DNA from: Adineta vaga
Taxonomy: Eukaryota > Animalia > Rotifera
Direction: 5' to 3'
Length of the DNA stretch: 64,000 nt
Assembly: GCA_021613535.1 (NCBI GenBank)
Contig: CP075494.1
Coordinates: 310,001-374,000, forward strand
The translations under genes and the position numbers were made by a program. Below are positions 1 through 12,951 of the stretch, piece after piece; the stretch's first letter is position 1; every line of letters starts with the position of its first letter. The notes beneath the pieces are model-generated. The model saw only the letters and a program-made list of their open reading frames with translations. It was not told the DNA's origin and did not search any database.

Positions 1-1060
1 TTATATCAAAAGCTTTATCTTTTTCTTTTAAATCTAAAACAAAACAACAAATCATTGAAAATCTTTTCGAGAAAATCAAATTCTTTTTACGTTCTAAAAC
101 TCGTGAAAATGAATTTCGTTTCTTTTTTGGTATTTGATCATTTTCCGGAATTAATAATATTTTCGATGATGTTTCATTACCCATTATTCAAGGTGAAAAA
201 TACTTCAATCTAAAGCAAGAAATACATATATACTCAATGTTATAATGTTTCTTTTCTTCTCTTACCTATATAAACACGTTTTATCGTTGAATTAGAAATA
301 TAATCTACAATACTCTTTTTTTCGATTGTTTATATAGATATCATAGTGAGAAAAGAAAATATATAGTCCCTACGTTAATCATTGATCTATATCGATTTGA
401 AAAGAAATCGTAGGTGAATATAACATTTATTTACGTCAGAGTATTTGTTTTCTTATTCATAAATTTATTTCGCAGTTGAAATAATGACGATAAACAAATG
501 TTAAATATCATATTCTATAAGTAAAATATTATTACTGATCTTTTTTTTTTAAATCTATAATCAATGATATGATAATCAAAAAGAGTGGTGTGACATATTC
601 GGAAGATCGGGAATGCTGATGATGCGAGCGATGATCCATCTTCACAAACCACCACACCCACATTTTACGACGTTCAAGACTGGTAACTTATAGGAGATCA
701 TAAGACCATCGTTTTCTAATGTGTTAGGCATGCAATATGAAAATTTCCCAAGCAAAAACGCTGGGTACTTCTGCTAGTTTAATTATATTCGCCTTCGAAC
801 GATGTCAAAATGTTGATTTCATGCATGAACGTGTTCTATGAATACCAGAATGTGTAGCATCTGACAGAATTATTTCAAAGACATATGTCATTCTAATTGA
901 TTCACTAATGCATTTTTAAATATAAAACATAAAAGGTTTATCGGAGTGGTACTAAAGCCCATTCAAGTGCATTGCTCATTTATATTAAAATTTTTCTCGC
1001 TACCATTTTTTTCTCAACATTCATTTGTTCGGCAATATTTCTTTTTTTTTTTGGTCTATA

Positions 1061-2062
1061 ATGTCAAGTGAAGATAACAGTTCCCACAATGATATATCGT
1101 TGTTTGACGCCGATACACAACGATTTTACTTAATACAATTCTGGATTTTTCTTATCTTAACTATTCTATCTATGATTTGTTCATTGTTTACTTTATATCA
1201 TCTTCTTCATGATCGAACTCTTCGTCAAGCACTCTATAATCATATTATTATCATTCTACTTATTATCGATGTTTTCTATCAATTTATAGATACGTCGTAT
1301 TTTATTCATTATTTTCGCTGTTTCAAATCTTTTTCATCATCACCTGCTTTTCGTCTCATTTGGGGATTTGTTGATTGGGCATTTTATGATCTTCAGATTT
1401 TACTTTATACTTGGGCTACAATAGAAAGGCATATTCTTATCTTTCATGATCAATTATTAGTTACAAGAAAGAAACGATTTGTTTTTCATTATATTCCCCC
1501 AATTACAATAACTATCTATTGTCTATTGTATCATACAATTATATTTTTTGTATTTCAATGTGAGAATATTTTTGATAATTTAATCACGCCTAGTTTCTAT
1601 CCTTGTGCCTTTCAAACCAATGCACTGTTCATGTATGAAACAATAGTAAACCAAACATTATCTACGTTCGTTATTGTTATATCCAGTGTTCTTCTTCTAT
1701 TACGTGTTGTATGGCAAAGATCGCATATGCATCAACATATTCATTGGCGACATCATCGAAAGATGACAATTCAAGTGTTATCTATTTCATTTATCTATCT
1801 CATTCTACCTTTTCCGTATACTTTTATAACTTTGCTTCATCTATGTGGTATGCCATCTTATATTGGAGCAGAATTTTTGTCACGCGCAATGTTTGCTCCT
1901 TATTATACTTTATTCCTACTTCCAATAGTTTCTGTCGGATCATTGCCAGAACTTAGAACAAAATTTAAGAATATTCTACAGTTTCGACGGAAACGACGTG
2001 TTATACATCCAGCAAATTTGATTAGAGTACGAATGACGAACAATCGTATAGTAATGAAGTAG
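1061..2062 (+). CDS. Orphan rhodopsin-like (class A) GPCR
   Basis: Intronless ORF from the first ATG at 1061. It has seven hydrophobic segments, WATIERH (DRY-equivalent) after TM3, a basic third loop (WRHHRKMTIQ) and a LPELR helix-8 tail. Confidence 0.85.
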   Translation: MSSEDNSSHNDISLFDADTQRFYLIQFWIFLILTILSMICSLFTLYHLLHDRTLRQALYNHIIIILLIIDVFYQFIDTSYFIHYFRCFKSFSSSPAFRLIWGFVDWAFYDLQILLYTWATIERHILIFHDQLLVTRKKRFVFHYIPPITITIYCLLYHTIIFFVFQCENIFDNLITPSFYPCAFQTNALFMYETIVNQTLSTFVIVISSVLLLLRVVWQRSHMHQHIHWRHHRKMTIQVLSISFIYLILPFPYTFITLLHLCGMPSYIGAEFLSRAMFAPYYTLFLLPIVSVGSLPELRTKFKNILQFRRKRRVIHPANLIRVRMTNNRIVMK

Positions 2063-2645
2063 GAAGTATAAACACATCATTCACTATTATTCAATTATCA
2101 GTAGTCAAGGCACGTCTTTATATCTTTAATAGAATAAAAAGAGCTTTTATTGTTAACAAATATTATATCACTGTTCATCATGGCTAACATCAACGAATGA
2201 TACTCTTGTTTTATTACCTGAAATTCATATAAATATAAAAACATGAAGATGTAAGAAAAATAAAATAAAATTTTATTGTAAAAATTCATTGAGTTAAGAA
2301 GAATGTTATTGAAAAGATTTAATTAAGTGGAATTTTTTAACAAACATTATTATCTTTTCTTTGTCATATTTTATTATCATAAATTGAAGAGATAAAATTT
2401 CCTCTACGAAGCCTATAGGCATTATCGCTAAGTATGTCATTTTCTAATGGAGAGATATTTATTATCAAAATATATCTCTTATTTCAAATGTTCACTGATG
2501 AATTTCTTGAGATATAATGTGGGTGTGGATGAGGGTCTTCTTGTATTTACGCCCGCACTCTTAGGATGATCATAAAGATGTTTTTGTGAATCGACAATGA
2601 TTATGGAAACGTTCATATATACAACGATTGAAATAAGATATTTTA

Positions 2646-2862
2646 ATGGAACAAATACCAATTTTTAGAGATTTACAACAAGATGAAATAGGTTTTGAAG
2701 GTATTAGAATTATGCATAATGATCTAGATAGATTCATAGATAAAAACGAAAGAAGAAAATATGATTTTTAAAGAATCTAATGGAATATTCGGTAGAGAAA
2801 TTATCATTCGTGATCCTGATAATATACCCATTTATGTTAACTATAATAGTTCATGCGAATAA
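2646..2862 (+). pseudogene. Glyoxalase/VOC-like fragment, frameshifted
   Basis: MEQIPIFRDLQQDEIGFEGIRIMHNDLDRF shifts frame in an A-run near 2745 into FKESNGIFGREIIIRDPDNIPIYVNY*, which resembles the VOC C-terminal RDPDGN strand motif. No upstream part is visible. Confidence 0.45.
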
Positions 2863-3105
2863 GAATATTCTCTTTCAACTAATAATGTTTTGATCATTCT
2901 TTTTATTATATTTATGAATGAATAAGTGACAATAAACATAGATATTTAGTTGTATTTTAGTTTTCATACGAATATATATGTTTAAATTGATTGCGAATGT
3001 GTTTGATTTTGTTGATATTTTTGGATTATTTTGTATATTAAAGAGATGATAAAAGGAACAACAAGTTGAAGAAAATTTGTTAATCTATCATAAAGATCTA
3101 ATAAA

Positions 3106-4050
3106 TTAGTGATAATAACAACGAAACTTTTTTGTTGAATAAATGTAACAAAACATGAAAGAGGACGACATTAAGCATAGAATTGATTCTAAGATACATT
3201 TGATGAATAGTTCTTCAGCAAATAATTTAATAGTACTATTAGAGAAGAAGCGCATTTCATTTTGATTTAATGATTCAGATTCAGATAAAGATAAATTTAA
3301 ATATATATTTAAAAAAAATGAATACAATTCTTTTTATACATACATCGAAGTAATTTCGAAGAAGTGCTTCGATTATTGTGCATCCAACACGATATTCTTG
3401 AATGGTTGGTATCAATGGTTGACTACAAGCTGCAGATGTTAAACAAGTACAATTGCCATAAGATTGTAGTTTTATATAAAACTTGGAGAGCTGGAGTGAT
3501 ATGATTCAAGATTGGATACCAATTCGTTGAATAAAGAGATATTCATGCATCATTTCGCATCATACCACGAATTAATTAAATATTGATCGAATGATATCGA
3601 TTTAAATTGAATTAATGACGCGTTTATTTGTTTATTAAATCAATGTGAATGAATTAACGTTGTAGAAATAAGAGATGAAGAAAGATAATTTTGTTGAACA
3701 TAATTAACAATATCCTTCGCAAGATTACAGAGAGAAAGAAGAACTTGAAAATATAGTTTCTTCAAGTTTAAATCCATTTGTTGTTGCATATCGTACGTCT
3801 CATGAATCATAAACGTCAAAAGAGTTCTTATAAATATGTTTGAGAGATGAAATCATTGAAATTTGAGAACATAAACAACTGATGTTATTATAATCATTTT
3901 GCACATTGATCAGTTCTGTTTTTTTCTTGTAGTTTATTGTATGTTAATAAAATTGACATGAATAAGAGAAGAATACCAATAATTAATCTTTGTAAATAAC
4001 GAAGTCGTCTAATTTAGTACGAAAAATAAAATAATCATTTTCTTATAAAA
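3106..4050 (-). pseudogene. Degenerate copy of the two-TM Cys-rich module family seen at 30.4-36.6 kb
   Basis: Broken frames encode CLCSQIS, NCTCLTSAACSQP, RVGCTIIEALL and FFSNSTIKLFAEELFI. These parallel CPCTKIS, NCTC...C, YVGCYTIESLF and SVSSTIQDLVNHLMV in the intact modules. Many stops and frameshifts. Confidence 0.6.
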
Positions 4051-4490
4051 TGTTGTAGCAACTAATAATAGCCTCTGACTTTTGTTACTTCTTTATAAAT
4101 ATTCAGTTACATTAACGAAAAAAATATTCTTTTTCTCTTAAAACCAGATAGAATAGATGTTAAACGAACATTTTCAATGGAACGATGATTGTTGTGCACA
4201 ACGATTAAATATAATCGATATTTATATATCACGTATATCTATACTCAAAAGTATATAAAAGAAAAATCATTTTCTTCGTGAATCAAAGTAGGACATTAAG
4301 CATGTGCGTTCATTAGGGTGAGAGTATTGCCAATTCCTCACCCTCACCCACCCTTCTTGAATAAATATAATTATGTTTAGGTTCATTTCTCATTTATTCA
4401 CTGCGTGTTCTATTATATTTTTCCATCAAAGAAATATTCAAAATGATTGAAGAATAATAACACAAATACATGAAAATATGAAAAAGAAGA

Positions 4491-5905
4491 TTATAATTGA
4501 ACATAATAACTATACGTAGCAATTCCACACATATTACCCTTATTACGTGCGATTTTGAAGTAACCATTAAGACCCCAATTGTCACCCCATGAGTTGCGGA
4601 CGACTAGATGCAAAACAAAACGCATGTAGCACAATGTTTTTAAAATAAAAAATAAAAAGATCACTTACGCCAATAATCTTGACCATGTTCTGTTCCAAAA
4701 CCAACTATAGTTATTGCATGATTAACACTTTGTGGACAAGATGGTATATCAATTATGTCTGATGCATCGGTTTGTTCCGATGAACCATAGAATTGAAAAC
4801 TCGATGTAATAGAAATCGCAGCTGCTAGTGGACCATAAGTGAGTAATGCTTGTTTCATGCTTTCTTCATCACCATTCTGTGTTCTTCCATATTCTTGAAA
4901 AGCACCCGTTCTTGCTGATTGTGAACTACATGATTGCTGTATGCCAACATATGGATATGATTCTTTTGTCTCTAATCCACCGTTCTGTTTAATATATTGA
5001 AAAGTGACATCGTAAAAACCACCGGCACATCCTCGATTTGACGAACAATCAACCAATTGTTGTTGAGAGAGTTCAATACGTGCACCTGTTCTCAAAGCAT
5101 AAGTACCTTCGATAGCAGCCGTAGCAGCAAATGCGTAACAGGATCTAAGTACAAAAGACAAAGAGTTGAAAAATTCGACATCTGAGTAACTTACCCACAC
5201 CCGCCTTGATTCTCAATCGGATTCATATATGGACGATAGTCAAGCATAGAATTAGAAAACATCGTAGTTGTTGATCGTTTAGTAACTGGCATAACATAAT
5301 TATCGGTGTCATTTTTATAATTTTTTCCAATATGTAATTTGTTTTTAATTTTGTCTTTGACTTTTTTCATTTTCTTTTTTAAAGAATCGAAGAGAAATCG
5401 TTTTTGACGTTGTCTTGATGATGATTTACCATATGTCATTGTATCAGATTGGAGTCCGGTCATTTTTTGACGAACCTCGGCTAAACTCATATCACCAAGA
5501 TGATTCATATGAAGTTTGAACGATTTAATACCCGAGCGAAAACGAACATTTTCTTTGATAATAAATTTCAGATTGTGAGTAAATTTACGAAGACGTTTCT
5601 TTTCCTCTTCAATTGTTTGATAATTTTTTTGATAAAAGTTTTTAAAATGATTCCATAATCTCATAATAATTTTATTATCTTTCAAAACTTCGAGTTTATC
5701 TTCGAATTTTTGTGAAGTACTCTTCAAAGCTCCATTAATAGTATCATCGATGAACTAAATTTGAAATAGAACTGAATTGTAAAACGAAAACTTATGGAAT
5801 AACATGTCTTACCTTCTGTATAGTTTTACTACCTGAAAATAAGGCATTGTGAGTCGTAATAAAGCAACTGAATACTAGAAAGCTAACAAACAATATACGC
5901 AACAT
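4491..5905 (-). CDS. Cathepsin L-like papain-family (C1A) cysteine protease, 4 exons
   Basis: Exons 5905-5813, 5754-5195, 5144-4669 and 4603-4491 join in frame across GT-AG introns. Signal peptide [20 protein letters not shown]-type prodomain ([20 protein letters not shown]), QGGCGSCYAF (Cys), VNHAI (His) and VRNSWG (Asn). Confidence 0.93.
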
Positions 5906-7312
5906 TTTATTCTTCATTTGAATTTCTTATTCTCGTTATTGCTTCAGATTGATTTTCATTAAAAATCATTATCTATTCGATGTGTAATATTACTTACATT
6001 GATTCATGTACTCATCCTTATCTATCTCATCATACGTTATATTCGTAGAATAAACTCTCATTACTTTTTCGTTCTTTATATGTTATAAAGGATGAGAATA
6101 CATTCGTACGAGTCAGATTTCAACCTTGCTAAGATATTTTATTGAATAATATGTAATTGATCATAGAAAAAAACTCAATGAAAAAATTCGTTTATATAGA
6201 ACAAAGCAAAATATTTGGTTATTTTTATCCTCTATATACACTTATTTTGTATTTGTACTCCATAACATTGGTCGTAGTGTTCCAAATGATTATAATAATT
6301 GAAATTTATCTCAAAGGACATATGGTATTTTGTCAAAATATTTTTAAAATTGGAAACTGTCGATAAAAATAGAATTCCATTGAATCGTCGATTACAAGTG
6401 CTTATATTACTAGAGGTGCTATAAAGAGAAGGAATTTTTATTTATTTATTAATACATATATAACAGAGATGACTTTTGATAAAAACAAAAATGCAATTAC
6501 TTAGATTTTATTACATTTTTCTTTGGCGTGAATAATCTTTAGATAAATATGAATTTCTACATGGAAAAGAAATTATTTTCTTAGTTGATGTTATTGGGAA
6601 TCTATTTTATACAAGATGTAATCTTTCACGTTTTGAAACATTCTCAACCCCATGAACAATTGTTTTTGAAAAAAGAATATGAATGGATTGTGTTTTTCTG
6701 TAGAACAAATGCATTTGTAAGTCATCCGTCATATAGTATGTCCATAGCACGGAGAAGCAAATCAATTTCGAGAAACTAGTTTGTTATTCAAAACACATGA
6801 TATGAATTAAGTTTCAGAAGACAAACAAACGAACAATACGAGTATGATATTATGATAGTAAGTCTATAAAAAAACCTCTATTGAACTGTGAAATTTGATA
6901 TAGAATATTTGTTTTAGAGTTATTCGTATAATAATAAAGAGCTTTTTTTATCAAATACAAGAATGTTTTGAAAAAGATAATTTCGTGTTTGGGTCTAAGA
7001 GTTATATGTAAATCCTAACCCACGCCCACTCTCAAGATGATTTGATTTTATCTATTTAAAAAAATATTCAGAGTGTAGAAGTTCAATATCTAAAGTTTTC
7101 ATGTGATTCATCTATGGTTTCATCAAATGAAACTATGATAAGAATTTCTTTTTAATATTTTCTATATTTTCTTGACATTTTAATATACGTGTATCATCGA
7201 TTGGTTTAATTAATTGAAGATGAATTAATTCTTGATTTGTATATTCGACATATAAAGTATAATTTTCTTGTTTCAAATAAATATCAGATATCTGAGCATA
7301 CATTGAAACAAA

Positions 7313-10291
7313 TTAGAAATAATTAAAACCATCGTATTTTTGTAGAAAATCTAAACATACTTTTATAAGATCGATTGCATCGAAGAAAGCATTTTTTGTT
7401 AGATAAAGTTGAACAATTTCGTTTTCAATTAACATAAATGTTCTTTTTAAAAAAGATTTGTTTGATGGCATCAATATATAAGCGATTTCGAAACATTTCT
7501 TATAGTATTCTAATGTTATTGAATATTTAGACATGTAAACATAAAGACGAGCAATGTTTCGATAAGGACTTGACAAAGCTGCTTTACTTATATTCATCAT
7601 TAAAAGAAGTTTGACTTGATTTTCAAACAAAGTTAACATTTGATAAGCATCATCGGTCGATTTCGGAGACCTTTGATAATATAAATAATGTTTGACAAGT
7701 ACAAAGTTCTCATCATAATCCAAAGATAAATCTATATTCTGTTTTCGTCGTGTAGACGGTATTGTAGAAAGAAAGTCTTGTCTTTTAATCGAAGTTGCAA
7801 TATGAAAATCCATCATTTGAATCAAAAATAATTCATCAAGTTCTTCAAACTTTAGTCTTCGTTTAAGCATTTCATCCAAATAAAGTGATACGGTACAAGC
7901 GCGAACATGTTCCGCAAAAGACGCAGGCATATTTGAAAGTTCACTTTTAGCAATATTTTCTTGAAAGACGAAAAAATTTGAATACTCATCTTCATATTCA
8001 CTGTTGATTAATAAACTATATTTATGAGAAAATAAGAGAAGATTGTAAAGACTTGGATATAATGGTGAGCATATATTACTTATAAATTCGCAACAAATCA
8101 TTTTCTTTTCTTTATCATTCGTAAGTTGGATAAATTCATTACATCGTCTATATATATCAGCACAATCAGGTATAATAGCTCCTTCCAGTATATAGAAAAC
8201 TCCGCTAAACATCAACTGTCGAAATTTATAAGTATTTATTGTTCTCGAATCCACACCGATAGCAAATACACTACGGCATTGTTCTTCAGATGTTTTGTAT
8301 TTATAAGCAAGATTGGAACGAAGGATTGTTAAAAAAACTTCGCCAAAATATTCTCCATTTCGATGATCATCTGTTTTACAGTAAGCTTTAAATAGTTTAT
8401 AAGAAATCTCTGCACGCATAACCTCTTCATCGTTCGAACCGAGAATAATTCGAGAAGTCTGAAAATTAGATGAACGATGATTTTGTTTATCTGATCGTTT
8501 TTCAGCGACAGTATTGAGTGCTTTTTTATAATTTACAATAGCCATTTTATAATCATTTTGTGAATTATATTTTTCCTGAGCACGTTTCATATAAGTATCA
8601 CCAATCGTTTCCAATATATTTTTGAGCCAAAAGTCAGTCTGACTTACATTTGATAGCATTAAATTTTCCGCCTTTTGTAAATATTCAAAAGCAGTTTGAT
8701 ATTCACCTTTTCGCATATATAACCTTCCAAGTTTATAATCTCTCCACGAAACTGACAAGTCATCGAACTGATTATCAGCTGATAGGACATAAAAATAAAT
8801 GGCAGATTCATAATCACTTAATTCCAGTAGAAAATCTCCAATTATATCTATTCGAGGATTATACCCAAGCATAACATTCCAACTACGGATTTCATGATTC
8901 AGAAAATTTCCATTTCCACTCGGATAGAATTTACATTTGACATACCAAACTGTTTCAATATATTTTACAGAATAGATTTTAAAAACTGATCCCATTGCAA
9001 ATAAAATTTCTTCTTCTCCACGAAAATAAGTATAGTTCGTAACATCTGCAAATGGTTTTGCATCAATTCCTGCCTGATTCGTTATTCGAAAAGTTGTTTC
9101 AATATAAGGATGAAATTCCCAAAATATTTCGATACAGAAAACAACCGATTCAAAAAATGGTCTTCCTCTACCATTACCAGCAAAGACAACAGCTACATTT
9201 TTATCTTTTGTCGCTGATAGAAATGAATGGAAAGACACAATACCACCAATACTATCCTTTATTTTTTGTAGTTCGTCAATACGAAGCATTTGACCTCGAT
9301 AAACTTCTTGAATGGGTTTTGAATGAACGGTTTCAGTGTTATAAACATGAGTCAATTGATTGTAAAGTGCTTTTAAGAAGAAACGAAATTTATAAATAAA
9401 TCGAACGTTTTGTGTACGAAGTGCTTTATTAAATAATCGATAGAGAAAAGAATCTCTTGTATACCATCGGATTGCGTCATTTTTATTGAAATTATTTTCA
9501 AATTCAATAATTTTTGCATATTCAGTTTTATCATGAATATAATGTTTTCGACATTCTTCTAACATTTCATTCTTTTCATTGGATGAATCATTCATTCGTA
9601 ATAACGCTTCTATGATCAATTGATACCAAATCATAGATTGACGTTCTGCTTCGCAATTCTTAATCGATGTTTCTTGTTTTGTATCTTGAGTATTCGAAGG
9701 ACTAAAAATATTTATTGCTGTTTCAAATGATTCAAGATCTTTCATGAGCTTTGAAACTAAAATATCTTTATCACAGAAAACACCACACACCTTTATATAG
9801 TTTCGAGCCCAAATATTATGCATGTTGACATTTTTACAGAATATATATATGTAAACTATTTGGTCGATATTATAAATGAGCGGAAGAAGATATTTTCCAA
9901 TTGAACCGGATGTGATAAGTATAATTGGATGATCTTTCATCGATACAATGTAATCAATACATTCATCTAAATCAGAAAATATTTGAAAAGATTCAATGAG
10001 TGCACAAAGTTTAGCTTGTGTATCGGAATGATCTTCATCGTTATTAATATTTATATCCAACCAAATCACTTCGATATTGTTAATATTTGATTGATATGAT
10101 TGTGTATTAAAAATAGAACGAACTGTTGCATTTGTCCTGATTAATGGATATGCATTAGCGGGATATGGAATAGAATCTTCTGAAGAGTCTTGTGTATCAT
10201 TATCACAGTATTGGTTCCATTTAATAACTAGATGGTGATCAGCACCATTCTCCAGTTTGACAAAATGATTATCCACTTCGATCTCTTGCAT
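7313..10291 (-). CDS. Receiver-like domain + R-S-E type mono-ADP-ribosyltransferase + TPR protein (992 aa)
   Basis: VIWLD...IILITSG...IYIFC N-domain, WYTRDSFLYRLFNKALR helix, ART motifs VYRGQ, FLSATK and GEEEILF, then degenerate TPRs. Single ORF. Confidence 0.85.
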   Translation of the reverse strand: MQEIEVDNHFVKLENGADHHLVIKWNQYCDNDTQDSSEDSIPYPANAYPLIRTNATVRSIFNTQSYQSNINNIEVIWLDININNDEDHSDTQAKLCALIESFQIFSDLDECIDYIVSMKDHPIILITSGSIGKYLLPLIYNIDQIVYIYIFCKNVNMHNIWARNYIKVCGVFCDKDILVSKLMKDLESFETAINIFSPSNTQDTKQETSIKNCEAERQSMIWYQLIIEALLRMNDSSNEKNEMLEECRKHYIHDKTEYAKIIEFENNFNKNDAIRWYTRDSFLYRLFNKALRTQNVRFIYKFRFFLKALYNQLTHVYNTETVHSKPIQEVYRGQMLRIDELQKIKDSIGGIVSFHSFLSATKDKNVAVVFAGNGRGRPFFESVVFCIEIFWEFHPYIETTFRITNQAGIDAKPFADVTNYTYFRGEEEILFAMGSVFKIYSVKYIETVWYVKCKFYPSGNGNFLNHEIRSWNVMLGYNPRIDIIGDFLLELSDYESAIYFYVLSADNQFDDLSVSWRDYKLGRLYMRKGEYQTAFEYLQKAENLMLSNVSQTDFWLKNILETIGDTYMKRAQEKYNSQNDYKMAIVNYKKALNTVAEKRSDKQNHRSSNFQTSRIILGSNDEEVMRAEISYKLFKAYCKTDDHRNGEYFGEVFLTILRSNLAYKYKTSEEQCRSVFAIGVDSRTINTYKFRQLMFSGVFYILEGAIIPDCADIYRRCNEFIQLTNDKEKKMICCEFISNICSPLYPSLYNLLLFSHKYSLLINSEYEDEYSNFFVFQENIAKSELSNMPASFAEHVRACTVSLYLDEMLKRRLKFEELDELFLIQMMDFHIATSIKRQDFLSTIPSTRRKQNIDLSLDYDENFVLVKHYLYYQRSPKSTDDAYQMLTLFENQVKLLLMMNISKAALSSPYRNIARLYVYMSKYSITLEYYKKCFEIAYILMPSNKSFLKRTFMLIENEIVQLYLTKNAFFDAIDLIKVCLDFLQKYDGFNYF

Positions 10292-11001
10292 GATTTTGTT
10301 ATTTATATTATAAAAATAACTAAAATTCTTTGAACGTGTAAATATATATATATTAAAATAGGAGTTGTAGACCTTGATTGATTATTTCATGATGTTATTC
10401 ATAAATTAGAAGTTTTGTTCGATAGTAATGATTGTAAATTAACGTTGGTGAGATACTATACAAAAATAAAACCTTTTATTGTGTAAGTTTATCTTTTTTA
10501 TACTGCTAAATATTTATCTTCTTTTTGTTACGTAAAAAGAACAGCTTTAGTCATATGTTTTGACCAATTATAAAGATGCGGTAGTATCAGCCTCTTGAAT
10601 AAATACGCAGACAAATGTTTTCCTTTCTGTTTTATATACGAGAAAAGATGGCGCATTACTTTCGTTAGTGAATAATTGAAAGATATTGTAATCAAGAGAT
10701 TAATTATTTTCAAAATAGATAAAATGACTTCTCAAGAAGATTATTAATCATAACTTTTTTTTTATAACCTGTATAGATGACGATATAGTTTCACTGTTGT
10801 AATATCTTCATTTAATGTTTTTATTAAATGATTTCAAACATAATCAAGTGCAGAGTTTGAGACCATGAACCACTTCACTTCAGCTATCTTCATAACATTC
10901 AACTTTAGCAACAGTACAGAAAACAGTCGGTGTCATCAAGTAACACCTACAAATTGAAATAGAAACAAAAAAGGTAATTATTATCTAATAGAATAATTGT
11001 C

Positions 11002-12951
11002 TCAATTGATTCCAAGAGAAACTATTGATGTAAAGTCTGAAGTATCATTTATTATTGTTGGTGTTTCTTGTTCAGTCTTCTTTTTAGTCACTTGAAAAAT
11101 ATTTTCTCGAATTTTTTCCACATCGGGATGATTTGTGGGTAATATTTTCAAACTACGTTCCAATGTTTTCTTTAAATATACAAGTGCTAAATCGTATTGT
11201 CTTTCATTTTCAAGTACACGACTTAAATTATTATATGCAAATCCAATATCTGGATGATCTTCAGGAAGAACTTTAGTACGAATATTGAGTACTTTCTCAA
11301 AATAGTTCGCTGCTAGTTTCAGATCATTTAATGTAAAATAAGCCAATCCTAATGAATTATAAGTTTCAGCCAAATCAAGACTATTCGATGGAAGAACTCG
11401 TTCTTGAATTTCTTTTGCTTTTCCAAGATTAATTAAACTTTTATGCATTTCTCCATCACGACATAGTGCAACTCCAACACGACTGTAACACAATCCAACT
11501 TGTTCATGATCTTTACCAAGTTCACGTTCACGAATAGTCAAACTAGTTTGATAATATTTCAAAGCATTGCCATAACTCATAATTCCATACATAGCTCTAC
11601 CCATACCCATATGACAATTAGCAATTGTAAGTTGTGTTTCATGCATCATTTGTTCATAATATTTAAGAGCATGTTGATATTCACCCATCTCTTGGAGAAT
11701 TTTTCCTAATGAATCAAGAGTATTTTCATTTCCAATTTTCTTTTTCATATAATTAAATATATCCTTTAAATGATAATCATTTTCATTTGCTAATGATAAT
11801 TTAATAATATACATCTTTTTTTTAGATTCTTCAGTTATTGAATCAATACGAAAAAGAGCTCCTAACATAAGAAGTACTTCATCTTCTGTAGGAAATGAAC
11901 TATATTGTTTAATATCAGAAAAAGCCTTCGTAGGTAATCGGGGATCGATTAAAATTTCAAAGAGTACAGCCTTCTTACCACTTTCAGTTTTATAATTTGG
12001 TACAAAACTTAATGCCATTTTACGATTCCGACTAGTAGAGAGAAAACTATTCATCGAAATAAATTCACCGATATTATTATGCATTATTTGTAATTCATTA
12101 TCACTAACAGATTGACCTCGATAGACTGTAAATTGATCTTTTGTTAAATTCGTTCGGATAAATCGTTCATATTCTCGTTTAATAATTTTGGCAATATCCG
12201 TAATAAAAAAACGACAATTAAAAAGCATATCAAAATCTCGACAACGTAATGCATTGTTAACAAGTCGAAAGAAACAAGATTCTTTTGAATACCACCAAAT
12301 AGCTTTTTCTGCTGTATATTCAGATTGAAATTCATGAATATTGATCAATTCATTCGGTTTATCCTCATACTTTTTCAGACATAATTCAATAAGTTCTTGT
12401 TTTGCATTCTCAGAATGACGCATTTCAAGTAAAATTTCAATATAAAGAAGAAACCACATGGAAGTAGCATTTCTTGATTGAAGCGATTCAGATTCACTTG
12501 TTATTAATGAAATTAACGTACTATCATCTTGTTGTTTACGAATAACTTGATCTTGAATGAGTTGTTTAAATATTTCATCTGAATCTTTGAAAACTCCTTT
12601 AATCTATTATTGAAAGTGTATAGATTGTTAATATATTTATTAATTCTTAATATTTACTTTTTCATACTGATTTGTCCATGTGAAATCCTTTGTGTTGTCA
12701 TAACAGATTATGTAACAACAAACGAGTTGTGCTAAATCATGTACACGTGTTATTATTGATTGATTGAAAGTATCAGATATGATCCAAATCACTTTTTCTT
12801 TTGTACTTGCTCGAATATAACTATCACATTCTGTACTATTTTCGAATAGTTGCAAATGGTTAAAGACATATCTTAATGCTTGTTTTATTTTAGATTTCTC
12901 AGTTTCATTTTCAAGCCAAACACACGTATAACTTTCTACGTTACCTGTCAT
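11002..12951 (-). CDS. Receiver-like + ART + TPR protein, 2 exons
   Basis: Exon 12951-12658 (CVWLE...VIWIIS) splices in frame to 12603-11002. Canonical VYRGQ, FLSTS and EDEVLL, followed by kinesin-light-chain-like TPRs (LPEDHPDIGFAYNNL). Confidence 0.9.
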
